Of a DNA stretch of 64,000 bases, positions 51,842 to 64,000 are shown one piece after another (positions within the stretch are counted from its first letter, which is position 1; each line of letters starts with the position of its first letter). The notes under the pieces are model-generated. The model ran no database searches, had not been told where the DNA came from, and saw nothing but the letters and a program-made list of their open reading frames with translations. Source of the stretch: Lepidodermella squamata (Eukaryota; Animalia; Gastrotricha); assembly GCA_047495785.1 (NCBI GenBank), contig JBLDXI010000042.1, forward strand, positions 2,604,001 through 2,668,000, in the 5' to 3' direction. Position numbers and translations under genes: made by a program.

Positions 51842-53241
51842 ATGGATTTCATGGTTTTTTCTGCACTTGTTGCTGTAGCCTGTTATCAACAAATCAGTGG
51901 CATCAAGGGGTGCAGCCTGCCAACAATTCGAAGATTGAACCAGTATGAACAGAAATCGAACGACCGCGAGCTGAAGTGCCGTGATAAGCTGGGGTCTGTC
52001 GATTCTTACCTGCTGTGCTGCATTCGCGAAAGATTTACTTCAACGACCATTCTCAGATCGAGACCAGTTTTCGATTACAAAGACACCGTGAAAGTGGCGG
52101 CGTTATTCGAACTATCAGGTGATATAAATCCTGAGATAAATGACAGCGACCAATCGGTTGAGCTGGATTTAGCCATCACCCTATCTTGGAGTAATCCTTT
52201 CATCGATTGGAATGTAAGCTATTTTACAGTTTTTTCTATCCAACTGACCTAATTTGTTAACAGGGCTCAGGTTACAACGTTTCCGAACTCGAACTGGAAC
52301 CTAACAATTTTGAAATCTGGAGGCCAACCTTATTGAATGTCAATTCTTTCGGGAAATCATTCCGCACCGATATGGCGTTTACATCAGTAAAACTTCGTCC
52401 AACCTCGGTTGAGCTGAAGTATAACCTTCGACCAATGGCTAGGTGCAGGCTAAAAGGATTGGAGAATTTTCCCTTCGATCACCAAATTTGCTACATTGAG
52501 TATGCATTATACGTAATTTCCGCCATACATTAACATAAAATTTTTAGCTTTGCACAGCTCGATCCTCCGAACTTAGTGGCTTGGGATAATGCAACTCTTA
52601 TATCAGAATTTGCTGACTCAACGTTGGGAAACCGTTGGACAGTGAACAAGGCATTACTCAGTAACCGCCGTTATGATTTCACAACTAAGCGGCGCGTAAT
52701 TCGCCTTGAAGTCGCCCTATCAAGGAATTACGTGGATTGGCTGATCCAACTGATCATACCAATCATCCTTCTTTCAGGTCTACAACTCGGCACTTTCTTC
52801 GTTCCAGTCTATCGGCAGGAACGACCAGCATTTTCTGCTTTTATTACCGTTATATTTGCGAGTTTACTACTGCAAGTCAAGTCGGAATTACCGAAGACTT
52901 CGAAACTAATCACTCTGGTTATATACTTATTGGCCCAATTCACGATTGGCTGCTTCGCCACCCTTTTTTCGACGATAATGGTTGGTCATTATTTCCGAAG
53001 GATTAGGGCGGAGGGCCGATTTTTTTACTTGAGTAATTTCATATAATCCCGTTACTATATATATAGCTGATTTGGTTATTTTCCAAATCTAGGCGGCTCT
53101 GCAGCACCCTATTCGAAAGTGAACATGGTCAATCTTACTGTACTGCTTCTCGTCGCAGCTGCAAACTTGGCCACGCATTATCTGCTGTACACGGCCGCAT
53201 TCGGACAAGATTCAGGTGTAATCTTTGATGATAATTCTTGA
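51842..53241 (+). CDS. Divergent Cys-loop channel subunit 3
   Basis: RPV, WSNPFIDW, IWRP, CRLKGLENFPFDHQIC, LSRNY pre-M1, ELPKTS; M4 in the last exon (donor site uncertain). Confidence 0.82.
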
Positions 53242-53429
53242 GTTTTCATTTCCGAAATAAATAAGGACGCTAGCCTTCGTACTTGCAATTAAGATAAGAG
53301 TTATCATCGAAAACTTCCGAAAGGTCACGTTCCTTTAATCTTTCACTATATTTTATCATGGCCCTACTTTAATTGACACCCTCCTAAAACGGTAGTCAGT
53401 ATTATCATTAACGACAGCCGACTTTAGCC

Positions 53430-56400
53430 ATGGAAACTCGTTCAAGTTTAGAGAGCCGGGGGTCCGTCACTAAAGCAAACGTATTCATTAGCTACAAATG
53501 GAACGAAACAAAAGAGGATGTGTGGAAGACTGCAGAATATCTCGAAAGTCTTAATAAGTATGTTGTTTGGCTGGATAAACAGGAAATGTACGCCAACAAA
53601 TTGGAAAGAATGGAAGAGGTATATACTAATACTTAACATGCCAATTGATGCCTAGACTTCCCTAATTTCCAATTTTTGTTATCAGGGCATTAAGAGGGCT
53701 GACGTTGTCGTGATATTCTTCAATGATGACTATCAAAACAGTATTGACTGCAGAACTGAAGCTGAATCGGCTTACAGGCATAGGAAGAAGAAGCTGTTTG
53801 TAAAAACGCGCCCCAATGACGAAGCCTTTCAGAACTGGTTCGCTCCGATTATTGGCAACAACATTTACATAGACTTTTATGGCTTCAACCATCCAGAGTC
53901 GGAAATAGCTAACCACATCGACAAATTGCTTACCGAAGACTCTTCGGTACGGCCTGAAATCAAGTAAGATACCATCTAGCTACCTTAATTCTTTAATTTC
54001 ACAAATTTCTTACAGACTGGAAAAGTCAAGAGACATTCCAGCAATCAGCAATTATTTAGATAGAAAAGAGGAAGACGAAATTCAATCCGCTTTCCGAGGG
54101 ATCGCGGAGAGAAGTGAGACTGGTGGTATTTTAATTTTTGGGGAAGGTGGGGTCGGTAAAACGATGCTCGTCGCTAAATCCGTGGCATCTAATGACCAAT
54201 TTCTACTTGATAATGGCGTAGCGTCCACCATTTGGGTTAATGTTTTTCGACTGTCTTCAGATGGTTCTCCTGCTGCGAGATTTTACGAAGTGCTTGCTGA
54301 TTTACTCAACATAAAACATGACGGCACAAATGCCATCGACCGGTTGCAGGATCATTTCAAAGCGCTGAAGCCTTTTAAAGCTCTGCTTGTGTTGGATGAC
54401 GTTTTCAACGAGAAAGTTCTCGAAAGCGCCTTTCGACTTGGAAGCAACGTTCGAGTCATTGCTCTCTCCCGTCGTAGAGATGTGATCGGAACTAGTTGCG
54501 ATCGCTTTTTCAACGATGTTATCGAGGTGAAGTGTCTTGCGACTGACGACATCGCTCAGATTTTCCGATCAAGCAAGGACCTAAAGCTGGACGATACGAA
54601 GCTTTACCAAGTTGCCGAGGTCTGCTCCGGCCTCCCTCTTCTTGCTAGTGTAATTCGCGCCAAGTTGAGGCGATACGCAACAAAGAAGCAAGCTGAAGCC
54701 TATGCGTCTAAACTGATGGCTGATTTCAGCCAGCTTCTCAAAGAAAATTGGGACGAGCGACACGCAACTATATCTGAAATGTTGTTAAGCGGCTTTGTTC
54801 ACGAACGCGAAGAATTGAGGCGCCGGTATTACGCATTTCTCATCTTTGAGGAAGGTTCTAACGTGGCAATAGAGGACCTAGCGATATTGTGGCAATGCCC
54901 CATGGACGATGCGATTGAATATGCTACAGAGTTGTTCAACATGTCTTTAATAAGAGCGAACTGTGGCGATGAGGAGAATGATTTCGACATTTTCACTATT
55001 CATGCCTATCTTTACGGTGCTGCAGTAGACTATGCGACGAAGCGAGAAGCTAATCCAGCAAAGGACTTGAATCAACTGCGCATATCCCTTCTTAGCTCCA
55101 TTACAAGGCCAGATGGTAGAAATGTGCTCCATGAAGCCATTGCTGGTGGCCGCAAGGAGCTGCTGCAAGCGATTTTGAAAACAGCATCATCCTCTCCTGA
55201 TTTCATTCTGGACCTTTGCCGTCAAACTTCTGCGGCTAACAACGAAACACCACTCCATATGCTGATTAGCTCATTAGAGACTGATTCATTCCTCACGAAA
55301 CAATTTGCGATGGAGGTGGCATGTTCGGTCGTGGAGCTCTGCCTAATTGCGGATAGAAGCAAGGCCATAGAGATGATGAATATAAAAGATTAAAAAAGAA
55401 TGACTGTTTCTAAATTCCTTTTGTCTAGCATCAAAACTGGGGAAAAGTGGTACTACAACGCCTTTCACGTTGCTGCTTCGAAAAGCCTACTCTCCCTAGC
55501 CGAATATCTCCTCGAGAACGGGGCAGATATCAATAATTTAGATAGTGAGAATTCTAACGTTCTTACGACCTCAGTGCATTGCGGGCAACCCCAATCATTG
55601 AAATTCTTCGCCAAATGGCCAAAGCAGAAAATTGACATGAATTCTGTGGATAAAGCCGGATGCACTCCTTTGATGAGCACAGTAGGACGCGACAGCCTAG
55701 AGTGCGCGAAAGTTTTAATCGAGCTTGGTGCCAATGTCAATACAAGGTCTGGTGAATTGAACTTGAGTGCTGTAGTCGTTGCGCTGACGTTGGGCAGGCT
55801 AAACATGGCGAAATTTCTGTTTCAGAACGGTGCCGAGCTCGATGACTTAGAGTTCGGAATCGCGTTGCAGCGAGCCAAATTTCTGCATCGGGTGGACCTT
55901 GAGCAATGCCTAATCGAATGGCAAAAATCGCAAACTGCTGAACGAGCTGCAAATTTGACATCCCTCACAAGTCTTACGAAGAGTGGCTTTCACTACATTT
56001 CCCGCCTAATTGGGGCCGACGATTTAAATGCCGATCCTGTTTTAATCAGTGTCGCTAATAAAGCTTTATTTCAAAACGAAATGGCTGACATTACTCGTAT
56101 ACTTGACACTGGCTTGATGAGTGAAAAAATTAAACGGCTGCTTGTTATGGCCGCCGCATTTTTCGGGAATGTCGAAGTTTTACAACTTCTTGTTGCGCAT
56201 GGTGCCGGTGTAAATGGTGTTGGGAACAGCCAACACACGCCGTTGATCGTTGCAGTCGACGGTTCCCACTTTCGAGCGGTCGAATTTCTGCTAAAAAATG
56301 GCGCCACTGTGAATGACAAGGGTTACTACGAACATACGGCTCTGATGTCTGCATGCTTTAATGGATGTGAAGAAATCGTAAAAATCTTGATGGACTACGG

Positions 56401-56716
56401 GGCTGATGTAAATGCTCGTAATCGAGGTGGCACGACTCCGCTCTACCTTGCTTGCATCACTGGAAAGTACCAAATTGTAAAAAACCTTCTCAGTAAAGGG
56501 AACGTCGACGTCAATCAAGCTGACGGCGAGCAATCCACACCATTGATGGCTGCTTCTTCTTACGGCCATGTTTCGATTGTTAAGCTGTTACTGGAGAACG
56601 GTGCTGATCCCTATGCAATAGATAAAAGCGATATGACGGCGAAAATGTGGGCTCAGAGAGGAGAACACGCAGCAATTGTTGACATTTTCAATGCTTTATC
56701 TAGGAAATCCGTGTGA
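53430..56716 (+). pseudogene. TIR-NB-ARC-ankyrin gene copy 1, interrupted by one in-frame TAA at 55391-55393 (pseudogene, split gene or readthrough)
   Basis: VFISYKW, VWLDK, DCRTEAE, Walker A GEGGVGKT, Walker B LLVLDDV, GLPL, ankyrin repeats; ORFs 54164-55393 and 55400-56716 are in the same frame and collinear with copy 2. Confidence 0.75.
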
Positions 56717-56795
56717 ATTGGTGTTATGCGATTTGAAACATGTATTCGAATTCTTCAATTTTTCATCGATTCTTGTTCCAAATTAGTGTATAAAA

Positions 56796-59700
56796 ATGGA
56801 AAAACCCATGGTATTTATTAGTTACAAATGGAATGAAACGAAAGAAGATGTGTGGAAAACTGCAGAGTACCTTGAATCGTTGGGCAAGTATTCATTATGG
56901 CTAGATAAGCAAGAAATGTACGCCAACAAGTTGGAGCGAATGGAAGAGGTAACGGAAAAGCTAGCTACAATTAAGCTTTTTCTCAGTTTCTTTGCTAAAC
57001 AGGGCATTAAAAGAGCCGATATGGTCATCATTTTCTTCAATGACGATTATCAAGATAGCATTGATTGCCGAACAGAGGCTGAAGCCACGTATAGGCACAG
57101 GAAGAAGAAACTGTTCGTGAAAATGAAGCCGAACAACAACCCGTTCCAAAATTGGTTTGCGCCCATCATAGGAAACAATATTTACATAGACTTCTACACT
57201 TATACGAATCCTGCTGCAGAGATAGCCACTCACATTGAGCGATTACTTGCCGAAAAGACTAGCAACAGCGATTACAAGTGAATTTTGCTTGTTTACCTTT
57301 GAATGACTTGATGCAATTTTTATTTGATTAAGGCTGGAAAAATCTCGAGACATTCCGTCGATTGGAAGCTATTTGGATCGCTCAGCAGAGGAGCGAGAAA
57401 TTCAAGCCGCTTTCAAAGAAGTCTGCGATATGCCAGAAACAGGTTGCAATGCTTCTTTTAAAAACATCAGAATTTTATCCTTGACTTGCAGGCGGAATTC
57501 TCATATTTGGTGAAGGCGGGGTCGGAAAGACAATGCTAGTAGCGAAGTCAGTTGCGTCAAATGACGAATTCTTGAAGAAATGCTCGATCAGCTCAGTTTA
57601 TTGGCTCAATGTATTTGAAGTTTCAATGGAATTCACCAGCAGCAGTTCAACCAGCAAATTTTATGAAATTTTAGCCGATTTATTGAACATCAAGCATGCA
57701 GCTGAAACGACAGAAAGACTGCAGGATTTTTTCAAATCTCTGCTGCCCAACAGGGTGTTGCTGGTTCTCGATGATGTATTTCATGAGTTGATCCTCGACT
57801 GCGCTTTCCGGCTTGGCCCAAATGTACGTATCATTGCCCTATCAAGGCGGCGGGACGTTATCGGAACTAGTGCAGATCGATTTCTCAACCAAGTGATCGA
57901 AATAAGCTGTATGAACAATGATGAAATTTCGAAAATTTTCCGCCATAGCAAAGACATCAAGTTGGACGACGAGAAAATCGGCCAACTCGCGAAACTTTGC
58001 TCTGGCCTCCCTTTACTAGCCAGCGTTATCCGAGCTAAATTGAGACGATGCGCCACAAAACGGCAGGCTGAAGCCTACGCCTCCAAGTTGACGGCGAATT
58101 TTTCTCAACTTGTGGCAGAAGTGTGGGCGGGAAGCGAGAAGAAGCAGCAATCGATCTCTGAGTTACTTTTATGTGGATTTGAGCATGAACGCGAAGAAAT
58201 TCGGCGTCGCTATTACGCTTTTTTGCTTTTCGAGGAAGGTGCGAATGTCGGTCTGGAAGATCTCGCGATCCTATGGCAATGTAGCATTGACGACGCAACA
58301 GAACACTCAACCGAACTGTTCAACATGTCCCTGATTCGAGCGAATTGTGGCGATGATGAGAATGACTTTGATGTCTTTTCAGTTCACGCTTATCTTTACG
58401 CAGCTGCGATCGAATTCGCTACTAAGAGAGAGAAAGAGCCGGCCAAGGACCTTGACGATTTAAGATTGTCACTAATGTATGGAATAGTAAATGAGAAGAA
58501 CGAAAATATTATTCATCAAGCTTTGGCTGCAAAAAGGATCGATTTACTTCGCACAGCTATTCGAAACTTGCTGAAACACCCCGCGGCTTTGTTCGAAATA
58601 ATTGCTATGCAGTCTTTACCGGAAATGAAAGTACCACTGCTATACTACGAGCCATTTCTTCTACGTCTTGATTCGAATGACCAGGGAAATATTGAAGGCT
58701 GTCCAATTGCCAAGTTCTGCCTCAATATGGCGTCTACAGCTTGCGATTTCATTCTGGCAATAGATCGAGAAAAGGCTGAACAAGTGCTAAACATTCCCGA
58801 TTCTCGCGGGTACACTACTCTTAAAATGTTACTCGCCACAGTACGTGAGCGATCTAAATGGTTTCACAATGCCTTACACCTCGCTACAGCAAAGAACCAC
58901 CTCAATACCCTGAACCTCCTTCTGGAGAACGGAGCTGATATCAACGTGAAAGATGATGAGGGTAGGACACCGATATTAACCGCAATCCATTGTGGTCGCC
59001 CTGAATCGTTGTTAGCCCTCTTGTCTTGGCGTAAACAAGGTTGCGCTTTGGCAGATTTGCAAGAAGTGGATGATTACTATCGGACTCCGTTGTTCATGGC
59101 TGTCGCGACAGGAAATCTTAAACTTCTGAACATCTTACTCGATCACGGCGTTGACATCAATTATCGATGTGGTAAACTTTGGATAAGTGCGCTGTGGATT
59201 TCAATTGTGTTCGACAAGTTTCAAGCAACGGAGCTATTACTACAGCGCGGAGCTGAGCTGAGTGACTTTGAGCTGGGCGTATCCCTGCAAAGGGCTAGGT
59301 TCCAGAAACGTAAGGGGCTCGAAGACATGCTTTTTAGATGTTCGAAAATATCAGATGAGACGCGGGCTCAAATAACAAAAGGCGATTCCAGTTTTCTGAC
59401 GAAAACTGCTGTGACGTACATTTTGAGAGTTCTTGCTATCGAAGACATAGAAGTGACAGACGAAATTCTTGAATCCGCAAGGAAAGCTATATTTGATGGG
59501 GACGTCGAGTCTATGAATCGTTTTTTGGCAGATGGTAAGGCATCTGAATTGAAAAAGTCAGTTGCTATGGCATTTGCTGGCTTTTATGGTAACATTCCAG
59601 TTTTGAAACTTCTAATTGGATACGGTGCTGATTTGAACGCTTTTGCTCGAGTCGGGCATACCCCGTTAATCTTTGCAGCGGATAATGGGCACTACGAAGC

Positions 59701-60133
59701 CGTTGAGTTTCTGGTCGAGAGTGGAGCAGAAGTCGACGCACGCGGTATGTTTGAGACTACAGCTTTGATGACAGCGTGTTACAATGGAAATGAAAAAATG
59801 GCCAAATTCTTGGTCGCACGAGGTGGCAATTTGAAGGCGAGAAACAAACAAGGAATCAGCTGTCTAGGATTCGCAAGTTACAATGGTCATGCTGATTTGA
59901 TTAAATACTTGTTGGAAACGAAAGAGGTGGACATCAATCTAGGGGACAACGACTTCTGCACTCCTTTGATGGCTGCTGCGATAAACGGTCACCTGAGTGC
60001 TGTCAAACTACTGGCTGAGAATGGCGCGAACATCAATATTAGAGATCGACGCGATATGACTGCCGCCGATTGGGCGGAGGCAAATGGCCACCCCGAAATT
60101 GCCAAATATTTGACTTCCAAATCTTCAAAATGA
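56796..60133 (+). CDS. TIR-NB-ARC-ankyrin (STAND/NLR-like) protein copy 2, intact
   Basis: TIR_2-like N-terminus, GEGGVGKT, LLVLDDV, CSGLPL, winged-helix region, many ankyrin repeats (TPL...A...GH, GADIN). Confidence 0.9.
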
Positions 60134-60251
60134 ATCATAAACATCATGCGTGCTCGCTCAGTGCTTGCAATATCCGCTTAGAATAGTTGCTAGATTGGCA
60201 GATGCGTTATACCTGCTACGATTCAATAAAATTATAGAACGACAGCACTAC

Positions 60252-60668
60252 ATGGCTTTGTATTTTTTCCTTTGTTGCCTTATGGCCGTTGTGATTAAGT
60301 CTTCAACGGCAGTGTTCAACGAGGCAGGCATCTTAAAAGGCATAGCTAACAATTCCCAGAATTTTAGAAATGGAGGACGCCCTGTTTCAAATTTTTCTCA
60401 AGTCTTGATCATTGACCTAAGTCTTAGCATCACGGAGCCGCCGGTCCTGAATGAAACCACAGGGTTGGCTAGAATAAAAGCGGATATCGTGTTCCAATGG
60501 ACTGATCCTTTCATGAAATGGGGCTCAGAGAGCAACGTGACATCTGATTACGTGACAATCGAACCTGGGAAAGCTGACATGTGGTTTCCATGGTTGATCG
60601 GCTTTGATCAGTCTAAATCTCACTCGATCGACATATATGCAAGTGGAGCAGTTGAGTGGAAGGTATGA
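60252..60668 (+). pseudogene. Truncated pentameric channel gene (signal peptide plus first half of the extracellular domain)
   Basis: NGGRPV, FQWTDPFMKW, MWFP, GAVEW; ends at AAG|GTATGA and no FPFD or TM exons are visible before the convergent gene at 60837. Confidence 0.6.
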
Positions 60669-60836
60669 TTTGAAGTCAAAACCAAGTCCATTTCGTTTTT
60701 AATGAAAATTCTCGTATAATTACAAATTAAGTCGTTCCTCCGTATAAGATATTTCACAGATCACAGAGCTGACATTCTTGCGTCAATTATAAGGCGACTC
60801 TCATTTGGCACAATAGGATATATTAAACAAGTTTTG

Positions 60837-62519
60837 CTACCGATGTTTTGGGGGTATTACAAGCGTTCTGTTTTCGATTAATTTCAAAATGCATGGCTTT
60901 CGCATAAGATAGGAATAAGCGTGCGTTAGTTTCAATAAGTTGCAGTAGACACACATAGCGCCGGTAGTGTTCCTATGCACCTGGCTAAGTTTGAAAGGAT
61001 GTACCAACTCGTAGTGAGTTCCGTACGTCATTGTAATAGGACGGCCCCGATTTTGACCCCAGTCGTGTGCGGTTATATCTAAGAACTGCAGATCGCCATC
61101 TCCGCTGATTGTCTTCAATACTGTACCAACCGCAATTTCTAGAAAAATCCTATGGTGATCAAGTAGCTGGAAGAATTTCGCGGCGGGTCGAATGTAGCGT
61201 TGTGTGACGTAGAAACAATCCCCACTTGCTCTACCCAGCATTCGCCGTCTACCGCCAGTTTTGCTCTCAAGGCTTGAACGGATTTTTTCCCAAAACCTCC
61301 GCCCATCGAGAAGCGAAACATCGCCAGTCAAGTTATAAGTCTCGCTAGTTTCCTGAGGTTTCTTCTTGGAATAAAATCCAGACAGAGTCTCCAGATTCTC
61401 GTAAAACAGTAGCATGTTCTGCCGATAAACGCCAGTCCATAGCCAAAATATATCTTTCCGCTTACAATCCAAAGCGTTGAGCGAACTATTTTTGTTGCAG
61501 AAGTGCCCCTAAAAATAAACTCTTTCGATCATGGAAAAAGGTTGCATAAGACTTTAAATTACGTGATCGATCTCAAAAGCATCTTCCACATCTCCTCGCA
61601 TCATCCAATTCTTGTCCAGCCGCTTACCGCCTGACCTTAATCGCCATAAATTTAGAATCATATCGTCACTCATCATCAGAATGCCGTCGAGTTTGGAAAC
61701 ATCAGCGGCTTCTGAAGCTAAAACGAAGCATTTGTACACGTTTTCAGCGTTGCTTCGATGAGCTGTTCCATAGCCAAAGAATTTCGTGGAATTTAGCGGC
61801 ATTGATGAAATGTTGTCGTTTGTGACCGATTCATTGGCCATTCGCCAAAAATCTGATGCGTCATAAGTAGGCCCGCAGTAAAAGATATCCGCAAATATCC
61901 TATAAATTACGAAAGTTTATTTTGAATAATTTGGTATAGAAGCAAAGTCCAACCTGCGGTAGAGGGCGTCTACCTTCGCCGCTGATTTGTAGGTGTGCAT
62001 ATTAAAATGCGCGACCAGAAGCACCCGAGAAAAATCTAACATATCCGATTCAGTGAAAGACCATTGATGCCTCTGTCCTAAGCTAGATTCTCCGCGCTTC
62101 CTCCCGGCTTGGTTTCTTTGAAAATAGCCAAAAGGTCCCTCGAGGAACAGCGAACAATTCCGAGAGTATTCTGATTCGAAAGAAGAGCATTCCGCATGAT
62201 TCGGAGATTTCGAGGAGAATTCCTGGAACAGTGACTTCGATAAAGCATCACTTTGAAGATGGCTGCTGATTCGATAATCAGGCTCATCAGTGCATTTCAT
62301 CAAGCTGAAACCATGAAATTCATCAGAAAACGCTGGCAAAACTTCTCCATTCGAGCCTTGAAGCAATAGCAAAACCATTCCATCAGACAGGGTTAGTAAA
62401 TTCGCAGCGTAAATGAAAGTGGAAGCTATTAAGGAGGCTAGAAAGAGCCCGAGAATTGTCACAATTTTCCGCCGTTGAAAGGACTGATATATATTTCGCC
62501 ACGAGAAGTACGTTAACAT
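60837..62519 (-). CDS. DUF288/STELLO-like putative glycosyltransferase, type II membrane protein, 3 exons
   Basis: N-terminal TM anchor, DIFYCGP, DGILMMSDDMILNLW, DCFYV, FLEIAVGT and HPFKLS motifs. Confidence 0.7.
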
Positions 62520-64000
62520 TTCTAAAGCAAATATTAAAGATTAGACATGATCACAGGAAAGAAAGTCAGTGAATAAAGATTATGGATCTTTAATCGATAC
62601 AAGAACGGGTGTGCATTAGCAGTCACGGGAGTCCTAATAATCCAATTAAACTACTCCTGAGAACAACATTTTTTGCAATATTGATCTGGTCCTAAAAACG
62701 GCGGGGACAGAATTATTAAATAAATTTTACGCATCAATGTATTTTTCGCTAAAAATGGCGATTTTGGGAGTTTGTTTACTCAACAGCGGGGCGTTTGCTG
62801 AAAATAAGATTATTTATCAGGATTTGAGGCGATTAGCGCGCTTAATTATTGATAAGCGCGGCACACTTCAGCAGCAATTTACCTTCGTGAATATTTCACG
62901 AATTATTGTTCAGTTTGGAGTAAAAACAGAATTTAGACACACGCTTTATTACTACATCAGGGAAACGCTGGTGATGATGATCATCACGCGCGCTCGGCTT
63001 TTTGCCACGCGTGTAATTTTATTAGTCGCACACGCACAACGAGAGCTGGGCGCGCGCGCGATTATTTGTCTTTTATTTGCGCGCGCACAAGGCGAGGCGT
63101 CTATACATATAATAACGCAAAATGGGCGGCGCACACCTCACCTGCCGCGCGACTTCATCATCATCATCGCGGTCGTACAGCTAGCTCATAAAACCGCAGA
63201 AATACGCCGATAATGTGTTAGTTTTGCCGACATGAAATTTTCATTTGCTCCGGTAATTTATTAGCTCAACGTGTTTAAGCTGGTTGCCGGGTGCGTCGTT
63301 GTCGCTCCTCTATGTTTGCTGGGCCCGCAGTATGAGAGCCACAGGGCGCATTTATACTCGCATTGGGAAACACTTGTGCACTTGTTATTTATTCACTTTA
63401 AAACATATCCAACTCTGCTACTGTATGATTGCATAATAACGAGCATGGCTACAATTTTCTCAGATCACCGGAAATTTCGAACTGCGGTGCGATATGATGC
63501 TCTATTATTTTCCATTCGACGTCAGCAAATGCCAATTTGAGCTACGACTTGCGGAGGACCCACTGCTGCTAAACGTTGGCAAGTTATCAATCACCAAGTC
63601 CCCGTCTTATGAAGCGATTTCAAGTAAGAGCCGATTCAACATTGTGGGTTAGCGAATTAAATTAAATTAATTTGCACCTAATTAATTCTTGAAAAACTAT
63701 TAAGATCTGACTTGGAAGCTGAGTAATGGGTTGACATTAGAGATACTTGTCGGCCGGAAAACTGGTTATTACGCATCAGCATTATGCGCTCTATGCGTTT
63801 TATTGGCAGCGTGCCAACTTGCTACCTTTCTATTACCGATTCACGGAACGGAAAGAACTGTTTTTGCTATGCTTTTGTTAGTAATATTTTCGGTTGTGGT
63901 TCATGTAAACATCGACGATGAATTGCCGAGATCAAGCCAAATCACCCTTGCTGAAATTTATTTAGTTCATCAGACAGGATTTGCAGCATTTTACGTTCTG

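Noticed and set aside
53430-60133. Bacterial or fungal contamination as the source of the TIR-STAND genes
   Set aside because: They contain short GT-AG introns like neighbouring genes and are embedded among animal channel genes.
62737-63540. 158-aa and 89-aa ORFs near the window end
   Set aside because: Low-complexity, GCGC-rich sequence like other upstream non-coding regions in this window; no motifs.

Overview
Eukaryotic (invertebrate animal) genomic DNA, gene-dense, with very short GT-AG introns (mostly about 50-60 nt). In order: MTHFR (5' part, minus, with a transposon-filled 3 kb intron), SHP2/PTPN11-type phosphatase, ERICH6/FAM194-like gene, an orphan single-pass membrane protein, two tandem aquaporins, a tRNA-derived SINE, calsyntenin, RPB1/POLR2A, a third aquaporin, an orphan gene, four divergent pentameric ligand-gated channel genes, two glycosyltransferase-like genes and two tandem TIR-NB-ARC-ankyrin genes. 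The most striking element is invisible in the ORF track: 15 related box C/D snoRNAs, one per intron. Three lie in RPB1 introns (two of them between 84-nt CTD exon cassettes) and twelve in a 13-exon non-coding host transcript starting about 70 nt after the RPB1 AATAAA. All carry the guide core GACTTGCCCT, complementary to the conserved 18S rRNA helix-18 sequence AGGGCAAGUC, in subtypes whose D' box is shifted by 2 nt, predicting different neighbouring methylation sites. Coordinates were read by eye and may be off by a few bases; all family calls are from motif recognition, not database searches.
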